Origin: Tubiluchus corallicola
Taxonomy: Eukaryota > Animalia > Priapulida
NCBI GenBank assembly: GCA_030141605.1
Contig: JAQGDQ010000019.1
Location: 1,054,001 to 1,118,000, forward strand
Direction: 5' to 3'
Length of the DNA stretch: 64,000 bases
The notes under the pieces were generated by a model. That model made no database searches. It saw only the letters and a program-made list of their open reading frames with translations, and was not told the DNA's origin. Of the stretch, positions 36,400-47,033 are shown one piece after another. How positions within the stretch are numbered: position 1 is the stretch's first letter; each line of letters begins with the position of its first letter. The translations under genes were made by a program, and so were the position numbers.

Positions 36400-37525
36400 G
36401 TCATTGCAGTGCTTGAAGTGCCTCAACTTTTCCTACATTTACAGATGTTAAACTCTCAAAATCTGTGTCAGCATTTCCGAGCCTATGCAACAGATGGGCC
36501 AGAAAGATTTTCTTAGAATACATAATTGTGACCACTTCATAAATATATGAAATATACGAGCTGTTGCTGAATTTTTCAAGTTTAAACAACACTTTAAGAG
36601 TTTTCCAAGTCTACACTGCACCTGAACTGCTTTAGGAATTTTCCGAATCTATACTGGACGTGAACAGCCTTATAATTATTCCTAGTGTACACAATACCTG
36701 AACAGCCTCATAATTGTTCTGAACTTGCACAACACTTGACATTTAAGACTTTCAAAGTCTACATCTTGTGACTTAAATTGCTTTTAAATTTTGTTTGAAG
36801 TCTGTGTGATGCGAAATATTCACTGTAACGTAATGCCTGACTCCTGAAATGCTTCAGCATTTTCCAAATCTATTCTGTGCAATGCATTAACATTTTTTAA
36901 ATCTGCACAACACGTACAAATTGCTCAGTATTTGCAAGCTCAAGACTTGAGCTGAATGAATATAGTTAAAGTCCATACAGCATTCAAATTACTATTATTG
37001 AAGTCTACAAACATCTGAACTGCCTTTGCAGTTGCCATCTACATAATACATCAGCATGCCACAGCCTACATAACATTGAAGCTGCCTCAGCATCTTCCAA
37101 GCCAGACTGATTGGCCCTGATATCTAAGGCGGAGCTACCTTAGTATTTTCCAAGCCTGACATTTGAGTTGCCTCAGGGTTTTCCAAACTTGCTTGATGCG
37201 AGTTGCCTCGGCATTTTGCAAGCCTGCCTGACGTTAGCACTGCCTCGGCATTTTCTAAGCCTGACTGACACATGAGTTGCCTCAACATTTTCCGAGCCTG
37301 CCTGACACCTGAGTTGCCTCAACATTTTCCGAGCCTGCCTGACATCAGCGCTGCCTCAGCGTTTTCCAAGCCTGACTGACACTTGAGTTGCCTCAACACT
37401 TTCCGAGCCTGCCTGACATCTGAGTTGCCTCAGCATTTTCCGAGCCTGCCTGACATCAGAGCTGCCTCGCATTGTCTAAGCCTGCCTGACATCTGAGCTG
37501 TTTCTGCATTTTCCAAGCCTGCCAA
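36400..37525. repeat. 37-bp minisatellite, homogeneous at 37200-37520 and decayed to the left
   Basis: TGCCTC recurs at 37204, 37241, 37278, 37315, 37352, 37389, 37426 and 37463; consensus TGAGTTGCCTCAGCATTTTCCGAGCCTGCCTGACATC. Confidence 0.9.
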
Positions 37526-38079
37526 GTTTATCCAATTCTGGCGCTCCTCAATTGACAAGTATAAGTTATTGTCCAAAATATGCAATCGGGATGCAAAGTA
37601 TATGCAAAAGCTTAGTAGCAGTAGAGTAAACAAAGCTTGCTCGTGAGCAAGACGAGAATTATGCAACTGTAAAGTGTGAGCTACTAATCTAATAGTGCAT
37701 TTACGAGTATGAAGTGTTCATACATTCATACATTGCAGACAGTGTACAAATGTGGCGAGGTTTTACAACGTAAGTGTTATTACGAATCATTTACTACTGT
37801 TGAATTTTCTGCATTCTTTGCTCAGGTATTTATTTTCCCCTAGGTATGTGCTAGTTGTAAAATTTTATTTTGTGAAAGTAGTGTTAAGCTACTTTGTTAG
37901 AGTGATTATTGTCTTTGTAGGTGGAGCAAAATCTATCAAAGTTAAGTTCAATTAACATCTAAAGTAGGATTATTTGTTGATCATAGTTATCATTCCAAAA
38001 CTATCTAGGCTGACAAAAATTGATTGAATATTTGTTATACTTGCCTCCTATAGGTGGCGCACAAATAGAAAACTGTGAA

Positions 38080-38829
38080 TGTTGGACGCCGAGTAATCCA
38101 CTACCCGAAGTAGGACAATTGGCGTACATGGGCTAGCCCAAGTATGACGCGTCGTACATGGGCTAGCCCAAGTAGGACACTAGAGACAGGTCGCGAATTG
38201 AGTCGTTAAGCGTACTGGCACCTTCCGTTGTCCTTGTTTATGCAATAATAATAATTAAACACATCAATACACGTTGAATAATTTATTATACATTTGATAA
38301 AATATACGAATTTTATTCTAAGTTCGTATAATTTTGCCAACATTAATCTTCTCTGAAGTGAAATAAGCGCACTTTTTAGGCGAAACCAACATTTGCTTAA
38401 GGTATATCATTTTTTATTTTGCCTTGCTTCACAGACAGGTGCTTCTTTTCACTCCCTCTTGGACAAATAATTATTTTCTACTAAGTAAACGGGTTAGTGA
38501 ATTATGTGCAAGTAACGAGCTACGTAGTTTCTCTCTTTAAAGCATTAGATATACTTAGTTTAATCTTATGATGATAATTATTAATCGTGCTAATAATAAT
38601 GATGACATTGTTGTAAAAAGTAGGTTGTCAAGGACTATCCATCTTTATTATAAAGTTAGTTTTTTTCTAAAACAAATTTAGTTTTATGTTTTATTATGTC
38701 ATAAATCTCGATTCTCGACAGAAATCGCTAGCGTCCTGCTTGGGCTGCCCATGTACGACACTCAAATTTAGCACATGCGTTTTACCGGAAATGTCCTACT
38801 TCGGCTAGTGGATTACTCGGCGCCCTACA
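38080..38829. mobile_element. Non-autonomous DNA transposon with TGT..ACA ends and 5-bp TSD (Ginger2/TDD-like)
   Basis: TIR TGTTGGACGCCGAGTAATCCACTACCCGAAGTAGGACA / TGTCCTACTTCGGCTAGTGGATTACTCGGCGCCCTACA; TSD GTGAA at 38075-38079 and 38830-38834. Confidence 0.85.
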
Positions 38830-38991
38830 GTGAAAATAGTAACGGTGATAAGTGATCGTAGATTTCTAGAGCTCTGTGCAGATTGACCTCAGTATAAACG
38901 TTGAAGTTTGTGGCTGTTTACCAGAATCATGACATAAATTTTAACATTGTTAAAGTTTTTTCGTTAATAAAGCGTGGTCAGTGACTTAGTG

Positions 38992-41900
38992 ATGCTTCTT
39001 TCTAGGTGTAGAACAGTTATTTGCAGCATTGGAAGATGCACTAGATCACCTAGTCGGGCGTTTGCGACAACACCTGGCCGATATCACGTGTATGCAGCAC
39101 TATCTATGTTTAGCAAGGACATTATAAATATGTATTTATAATGTCCTTGATGTTTAGAGTAGTTGCCTGTATATGGGGCCTGTACTAGGTAGTTTAACTC
39201 TCTAAGAGAAGTCTTTTTAGCGCCTCCTCAACGGTCAACCCCTTTCCTCACAGTCCCCACTATACCCCAAATTTGATTTTTCTTGCATAATATTAATTAT
39301 AACAAAGTGTAACGGTACCTGTGTGTTAGCCTTATATATGTACCATAGTACACGTACTAATTAAATGTAGTTAATTTACTGTCGACAGCTTACGTTGATT
39401 GAATTTGAAATGGAATTTATGACTCCTTCGTACATCCTGGGTCTTCAGGGGCAATTAAATTTACCTCAATTTGTGCTACTCTTGACTAGATTTTCCTTCA
39501 GCTTTTTCATCAGAAATTTTTTTTTAAATCCTAGCTTCTGATTTTCACATGTACATCTGTAAAGTCACTAGCAGGAAACACTAGAGCTGCACAGGTTTAG
39601 CTAAAATAAACTATTTAATTGGAAACAGTAAAGAAGTTTCACAGCAACAGACTCGTCAGCTTAAGGTGGTAACGTTATAACTGACTACAACAGGGAAGTC
39701 AGATTAGGCGGAGGCTAATAGTAGATAGTAATGCATCCACTACTAGGATGTAACCAATGTGACAGAGAGGAATGTTGGTACAATTGAAGCCATAGTGCTG
39801 TTACACATCTATTTCGTGCACTTCATTATTTTCACAGCTATAGCAATGGACTGTTTATGAAGTTCTAAAGAAAACGTGCTACTAGAGGCAATGACAACGA
39901 TGAATTCCTATTTCTGAAATGTTTGCTTCCTAATATTAAAAAGATTCCAGAGTGGAGTTAGCTAATTTCCCAAGTAAAAATTCAGGAAGTGGTGGAACAA
40001 TTTGCTTATTCCAAAGGCACGTGCATGCTTAATATTACTATCCGACCATGCCCGACACAGTTCAGATCTTTCCCTTTACAACTACAGATGAGCCATTACT
40101 GCAGAAATCATTTTACTGGATGACAAATTACAGAGTAAACTCTACATCAGTTTCACTTAGCCCCTATAGTTGCTTTACTACATCCATATGATTTTTTATT
40201 AGTTGTTAATTACTGCAAGTAAAATAATACTTTTTTGTTATTTAATTTGTTAAAACCTGACACACCTTGAACAAAGATGGTTAAGATGTTCTAGTCTTTA
40301 GATAGCTATGTACTACTTCGCTAAGAACGTAATTAAATGCATTCTAGCTCCATCCTCACATAATGGAAGAATCTTCTCTTGTCCTGCTTTACCTGGAGAA
40401 ATAAGTGATTATACTCCCCATATTCACGTCTCTTGCAGTTAAATTTCATGTATCGCTAGTTCTTTTCTGTAATGTGTTGTCTAATAACAAATTATCTAAA
40501 AGAAAATTTTCTTCTTCAACACATATCATTTGTCATATGCAATGCAAAACAAAGGAATCAGCTTTCTGGTTCCCACGTCTGTTGCGTGCATCAACCAGCG
40601 TGAACCAGTGTTGATAATAAGTGCAATTTTATAAGTTTTCGTTGTGTTTGAACCCTAATGCAGTACTGTTAAGTCACAAACTGCAGATATTTGACATTTC
40701 TCTGTTTTCTGTATTTACCCTTTCATTGTGTATGCGTGTGCACTGCTGCTTTATAATGGCTACCGGTCACACCTTGCATTAAGCATGTTGAGAAATGCTG
40801 TAGGGACTGGAAATCTATTAATGTCAACTTGCGCAACTTATAATATTGCTACTTCTATTCGTATTATCTTTCCGTTTCTACAAAGTTTGATAGGCGACTC
40901 CTCTGTTTATAGCAGAACTCTGTGTCCATAACAAGTTGAGATTCCAAGATCCTGCTGTTGTTGACTTTATTATTTGCTTCATAACATTTTTTTCATAGAT
41001 TCTAACAAAAAAAACCACTGTGATAGTTTTCGATATCGGTATCCAAAATTTTGTAAATTTTTATCTGTGATTAGGAAACAACATCAATTGGTTTTTTGTT
41101 TACGGTTACATTAGTAAACAGTTTTACAACTAAAAAATAATCAAAACAAGATAGTCTACCTTAATAATTTTTCTGAGCTTTGCTATAATAATAGGGAAAT
41201 AGGAAGTGCATATAAAAATTGTCAGCTATCAAAGTAGGAAGAATGTTTGATGGAGGTTTCGGGTACACATACCCCAAAACTTGAGAACTTTGTGTTTCAA
41301 CTTACATGCAGTATTATAAGTAAAATCTATGTATCAATTTGGCTTTTCAAAGAAATATCATGTTTTTCGGTATTCCAGATGGCATTATCGTGAACCCCAT
41401 CCAGGCCATCCTAAATCACTACATTTTATGGCAAATGCTTTGGGTGTGTTTTTGTGGTACTGGATACTCTTTCATTGCTGGTATGATTATGAGCATTTAG
41501 TGGTAAGTAGCTCACTGTATTTCAATTGTTTGTTTACATTTTAGATTTGGAATTTCTTGCAAGCATTCAACACGAAATCAGACTTTATTTTCGTGTAAAT
41601 GATAAGTCAAACAAGACTGCTAAAACAGAAAATACTGATTAAAAAAGAAAATTCTTGGGACCTCTTAGCATCAAACGTTGGGATTCAACCGTTCAAATTT
41701 GATTCGAACATAAAGTTATAGATTCGAATAATTCAGCACTTGAACTACATACGTTCTTTGTAATTAAAATGCTTTAAATATCATGCAATCAGCATAATTT
41801 AGCTGCGATTTCTGTGCACAATTTTTAAACGAATTATTTGTGTTTTTATTGCAGAACAAAGTCAAGTAACTTGCATGTTCTTTGTGTGATGCTTTTTAGT

Positions 41901-42639
41901 ATTGATTTGAAAATTTATTCGAAGATGCTGAAATTTGGTTTCATTCCAGTTCAAAAAAGTTCATTCCAGTCTCAAATTCGGCTCGATTTGAATTCACTTT
42001 CTGGTAGAGATTGTTCACCCCTAATATATATATATATATTTCATTTTTATTCGTACTCGTGGTACAATCACATCAAATATACAAACTGATCAACAAGTAA
42101 AATAACATTAATTAACAAGATTAGTGAGCTATGTGAATATATACAATTAAATGGGAGTGAGATATGTTAGTATTCCTGTCAAAAAAATCAAAACACTACG
42201 TTCTAGAGCTCATACAACTTCTTCAATGAAATTAAATTCTTCAGTAATGTTTTAAGACCCCTCGAGAGCATAGATGTCAAGTAACACAGTGAATATTCTT
42301 TTCAAATGACATGCATTCATATACATACATTTTCATTCTTTTTCATATGGCTAAGTAATTAAGTATGATATGAAAAGTGACAAATAATTTTTAGGGATGC
42401 AGTTTTATTTATTTACTTTGTCTGACACTAGTAAATTAAATTTTGTATGCAGTATATGTATGATGTAAACTTGTGTCCATGAAGTATAAGATGTATAACA
42501 CTGTATATCAATTATAAGATTATGACTTTTCATATTCGTTTAATGTTGCTAATATTTGCAGGGTCACTTCAGTTACCCAAATCCAGATAACTGGACAGAT
42601 GAAGAGTTGGGAATACCTCCAGATGACGAGGAATTATAG
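38992..42639 (+). CDS. NDUFB2: NADH dehydrogenase 1 beta subcomplex subunit 2; exons 38992-39089, 41379-41502, 42562-42639
   Basis: Presequence-like MLLSRCRTV..RAFATTPGRYHV, then |WHYREPH..LGVFLWYWILFHCWYDYEHLV|GHFSYPNPDNWTDEELGIPPDDEEL*. WTDEELGIPPDD is the NDUFB2 signature. Confidence 0.93.
39114..39149. mobile_element. 36-bp palindromic micro-element with 8-bp TSD
   Basis: CAAGGACATTATAAATA-TG-TATTTATAATGTCCTTG, flanked on both sides by ATGTTTAG. Confidence 0.85.
40335..40445 (-). mobile_element. PIF/Harbinger transposase N-terminal remnant in NDUFB2 intron 1
   Basis: A minus-strand frame reads NCKRREYGEYNHLFLQVKQDKRRFFHYVRME, resembling the Harbinger R..xGE(F/Y)..L...L.xD..xFxxYxRM motif. 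Confidence 0.55.
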
Positions 42640-44443
42640 TCAGCAAAAACAATATAGAATTTTTAAAAATTTTACACTGAATCAGAACATGTGTTCCTAG
42701 CTTGATGTACATATGTAGTTTACAAAACTATTACATTGGTATTCTATCATTAACAGTTTACTACATTGTACATTGGGAAACAGGCTGCCTAATCAAGTAT
42801 ACAAATATTGCGAAGTAGCATTTGATATCCCAGTGATTTCCGTTACTATTAACAATAGCATATTGCAATATTTTTTGAAGATGTCTTAAGCCATAACAGA
42901 TAAAATAATCCGCTTTGGATATGCAGTGCTTTGATTTTATATTTTTGTCTCACTTCTTCAGTTATGTAATGTACATCTCCTTTGTAAAAGAAATGTGCTA
43001 ATTGTTGGAGTTTGTTATTTGGCGCTTTGAGAATAATGTGAAGAATACTTAAATATTTTCATTTTCTAACTTGCAAAATTATAATTTTAAGATCGTTCTT
43101 GGATTCATTTGGACTTACAAGTGAGCTTACAGTGAACTTTTTCATAAATATATAATGGAACTTTGTGTTAGGTTACTGTTGAGTGTTAGTTAAATTCTAC
43201 ATCTTTGTTGATAACATAAGTTTATGTAGCAATTCTTTTGCGACTTCTAAACCTAGTATTGAGCAATGATCTCTGTGTGTGCGCACATTAAATTATGTCA
43301 GGTGTTAGTAAATGTTCAAACATTTTTTGTTAAGATAGCAACAATAGAAACCAAGTAACGTCAAATATATTGTCAAATTTATTTTTGTTTTTAAGTACTA
43401 ACTTGATTTTATTATGTAGCATGATAATTGTAAATTACATTAATATCTCACAAGCCACTATGAGCACTGCTTAATTAACTAAAAATAAATGGTAATGTTT
43501 TATAATTAGGGGTGGCTGCCAAGTGACTGACCATGGTTTTTTGCCATCCTATCTCAATACAATTATAGCGAATTGTGGCATGATCAAATATTGCATATTT
43601 ATTTGAAATGGGACAAATGAATTAATCTAGTCTTAATCTAGTCAAACCTACTAGCTGATTGTAATTACCCAGTACATGTGCATAGAATTTCGTTAGAGAA
43701 TCTTAAAACATTCGAAAACGACAAGTGTCATTCATTATCCATTGCAGTACACTTATTTGACCGTTTTGTGATTAATCTAAGACAAAATTTAAGACACCTC
43801 ATTATAACTCCAATTTTTTCCCAAGCCCAAAGTGGGCAGTATAAAAAAGTTTAACTGTGTTATCATTATCATTGAATTGTCACAGCTAAATGTCTCCAGA
43901 AAACAAAGTTTTATCCATTATCATTACTATTATGGCTGTAAAGCAAATGCATAATTGACGTTGATTCGCCATGGCTAAATGAAAACTTTCATAGTAGACG
44001 ATGTAATGCTACAATCCCATAACGAATTAAATTTTGATATCAAATTTGAAAGACAGGAGATTGAAAAAGCTGGAATGCATCTTATTTGTACAGGACACTT
44101 CTAAATCCACCACTGAGTGTTTATTGGATCTATAATTATTATTGCAGACATTGAGCAGTGAGTGACGGATAGTAGATACAGACATAGACATCTTTATTGA
44201 TCATAACTACTCCACATTATGTGAAATTTGTCGTTTATGCTTTGCACAGATTAGTAATAGATTTTAATAGTAATAGATTTTAATAGATTTATTTCGCATT
44301 AAACATATGCATATACATCACATTACATTACATGTGCATCAGGTTTTGTTAATACAAAAATATGATAAAATTCATGTATACTGCGCTAGAGACCTAGGAA
44401 GCTAGCTTATGGTAGGCCACTAGAATTACGAAAAAAATTGCAA

Positions 44444-44505
44444 TATATACAACATTACAATATACAACATTACAATATACAACATTACAATATACAACAT
44501 TACAT
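44444..44505. repeat. 15-bp tandem repeat TATACAACATTACAA x4, possibly within a minus-strand LINE 3' end (44261-44600)
   Basis: Direct reading; the minus strand shows AATAAA plus an (ATCTATT)-like tail near 44261-44295. Confidence 0.75.
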
Positions 44506-44831
44506 ATACAAATATAAATACGGGTGGGAAGTATTAAAAATTTTATTTTACTATACAGTTTTTGAAAAAGAAAACAACAAATCATGATTGAGTCATCAGT
44601 TATATGTTTCGAGTAAGTTTAATTTATATATTTTTGGTATATATATATATACTAAAAAGCAATTAACGTAACAAATTCGCAACTGTAAATTACATTCAAC
44701 TATGCATATAAATCTAAATGGTACAATTGAAATAAAGCTTAGAAGAGAAAAAATACATTGATCGCAGAACGTCAGTCAACCAGCGGGGGTCCACCTCGTA
44801 ATGACCAATGAGGAGCTTTTATTTAGCGCCT

Positions 44832-46517
44832 ACTGTTCTTCGATTGTTGGGGCGTGGGATTGCTGGGGGCTTTACTCGCATGCCCTGCCTCATTTGCACT
44901 TGACTGTTCTTCGATTGTTGAGGCGTGGGATTGCTGGGGGCTTTACTCGCATGCCCTGCCTCATTTGCAATTGAAGCCAATACGAAATATACAGCTAAAG
45001 CGTGTGTTCAGGATTATTTTTGCTTTTTTCTTGCCATAAAAAACCTTGTACACCTAAAATTTGTTAATAGTAGTGAAGAATGGTGAAGCGTTGTGCTTGG
45101 GGCACGTGTAATGTGTATGTTCGCCATCCAGAAAGATTAGGAGTTCGACTCATAAGTTTCCCCAACCCCCAAAAAGACTTAGACAAGTGTCACCGTTGGG
45201 AGGCTACATGAACAGCTCAAACTATTAAAAATTAATAAAAATCGCACTGTCTGCTCAGAGAAGTTTTATAATGTTTTATTATTATACTGCACTATAATTT
45301 ATTACTGCTGGCTACATGTAGAATATGTCCTGCTAAATCATGACTTAATGCATTCCGACAAGATATTCCAGATACTGTACAGCAAAAATAGGATTTCGTT
45401 GGTTGAGTATGACTGTCTGAACGTACAGTAGTATAGTTAAGTAGTTCAGCTAGGCTAACTTATTTGATTTTTATTTAATTTATTCAGTTTTCGTGTTTAT
45501 GTTAGAATTAGGTACAAGATACTAAAATAATTTGTTTTTGGTGTAAATAAAACTGTTATAAAATGTTGCTTTAACTTCCCAATATCTCTTGATATAGTGC
45601 ACATATCCTTGCGTATAATAAGTAAGTAGAGGTTGTAAGGATTTACTAGAGAAGTTCTTATAGTTTGGTTTGTATCACAATGACGCATTTTCAGGAATCG
45701 TCGATAAGTCACTTAAAATTCACCCATTCTTCGTGTTTTTCATGCTTTTTCATACACTGTAGCGACTTGCAGCGAGTGAGTGTTTGTGAGAACGTGTGTT
45801 AAAGGACAAGAAAAGGGGCACCTGAAGTAGGTTTCAGAAAAGTCACTTAAAAATCATACTACTTCACAGCAACTTTATGACATATCGTATTCACGTTGAA
45901 AGGAATTTTCGTTTATTTTCATTTTAAAACTGCTGCAATACTGTTCCGCAGGCGCCATTACGTGACATCACTACACCACGTAAATCAGGGGAAGAAAAAG
46001 CAATGTTAAATTATGACCCAAAAAACTTTTCATGCAAATCTATATTACTTAGCATTTCACTTACCTACTGGAAAGACTTATGTAACTAGAAATAATAATT
46101 TAAAATGTTCGTGCCAATTGGTAAAATGTCGCTGGATCACCCTCCATGCAGGGTGTGCCAAAAACGTATTTTTAATCTTATTGCCAAGATACAGTAATTA
46201 AATTTTTTTATTTAATTAGCAACATGTATGCTACGAATGCTCTGATTATTTTTTCAAATGGGGTACTTAATGTTATGAAAACTTGTTTCAAATGACCTAC
46301 CATTAAAATGGCCGCGACTTACAGTCATCGTGGGAGCTTAAATTTGCACGTTTTATGCAGCGTTACGGCCGATGCAAGCCATGCATACGAAAAGGTAGTA
46401 TGTAAGTGGTATAAAATTTCGAGACCAAAATTTCAAGCTTCATGTAAGTGGAGGGTTTTTTGTGCTTTAAGTGATCAAGATGGGCGGGCCTAAACGCCGC
46501 TTGTGATCTATCTATTT
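44832..46517 (+). repeat. Dispersed repeat copy 2, with a 71-bp tandem duplication (44832-44973) and a nested insertion
   Basis: Homologous to 780-1595; ends with the same TAAACGC.GCTTG..ATCTATCTATT string. Confidence 0.8.
45803..46466. mobile_element. Probable TTAA-flanked (Kolobok-like) insertion nested in repeat copy 2
   Basis: TTAA|AGGACAAGAAA ... TTTTTTGTGCT|TTAA (9/11 inverted match); the segment is absent from copy 1. Confidence 0.5.
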
Positions 46518-46651
46518 AAAGGTGTTTAGAGTATAGCTACTGTCGAAAGCTTTGATTGAGACACTCGCGTACTGATACAAAACAGCAGTTAAAAGAAAAA
46601 AGATTCTGGTTTCTAAATTTCTGGGCATGGACAGCGGCATAGTTTTAAATA

Positions 46652-46910
46652 AGACCAGACGGTTGAGTCTAGTGAAAATGCGACCGCTTTCCGTCTGGGA
46701 CGTCGTTAGTTCGATACAGTGGTCGGGTTATAACAAAAACTAAAAATAGTACCTGCTGTTGCTGTACCTGGCGCACAATATTTAAGGCAAAAGTGGGGTA
46801 ATAATAACCTCTGTTATGTTGTTTGTTATTTACAGTAGCCTAAATGCTCTTTGAGCTTATGTTAATTATTTATCCAAAAAGCCAGCTTTAAACAAAGATC
46901 GTTATTATTT
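46652..46910 (+). mobile_element. tRNA-derived SINE with Meta-like core
   Basis: B-box AGTTCGATAC, core AAAAACTAAAAATAGTACCTGCTGTTGCTGTACCTGGCGC, and a tail shared with 13029-13097. Confidence 0.65.
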
Positions 46911-46987
46911 ACGCGTGCACGGGCAGCACTCATATCCAGAAACTCAGTGAAATGTACGCGGAAAAAGGCAGAGATTGCATTTTCCGT

Positions 46988-47001
46988 GAGTCACGTGATT
47001 C
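46988..47001. promoter_or_regulatory. Extended E-box GTCACGTGAT just upstream of the EIF4A3 start codon
   Basis: Near-palindrome GAGTCACGTGATTC about 35 nt before the ATG; motif match only. Confidence 0.3.
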
Positions 47002-47033
47002 ATAGGTTCGCAGAATACGACAGAATTTCCAAA

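Noticed and set aside
37200-37520. CRISPR-like array or coding repeat
   Set aside because: Units abut with no unique spacers, the context is eukaryotic, and the 37-bp period puts stops in every frame.
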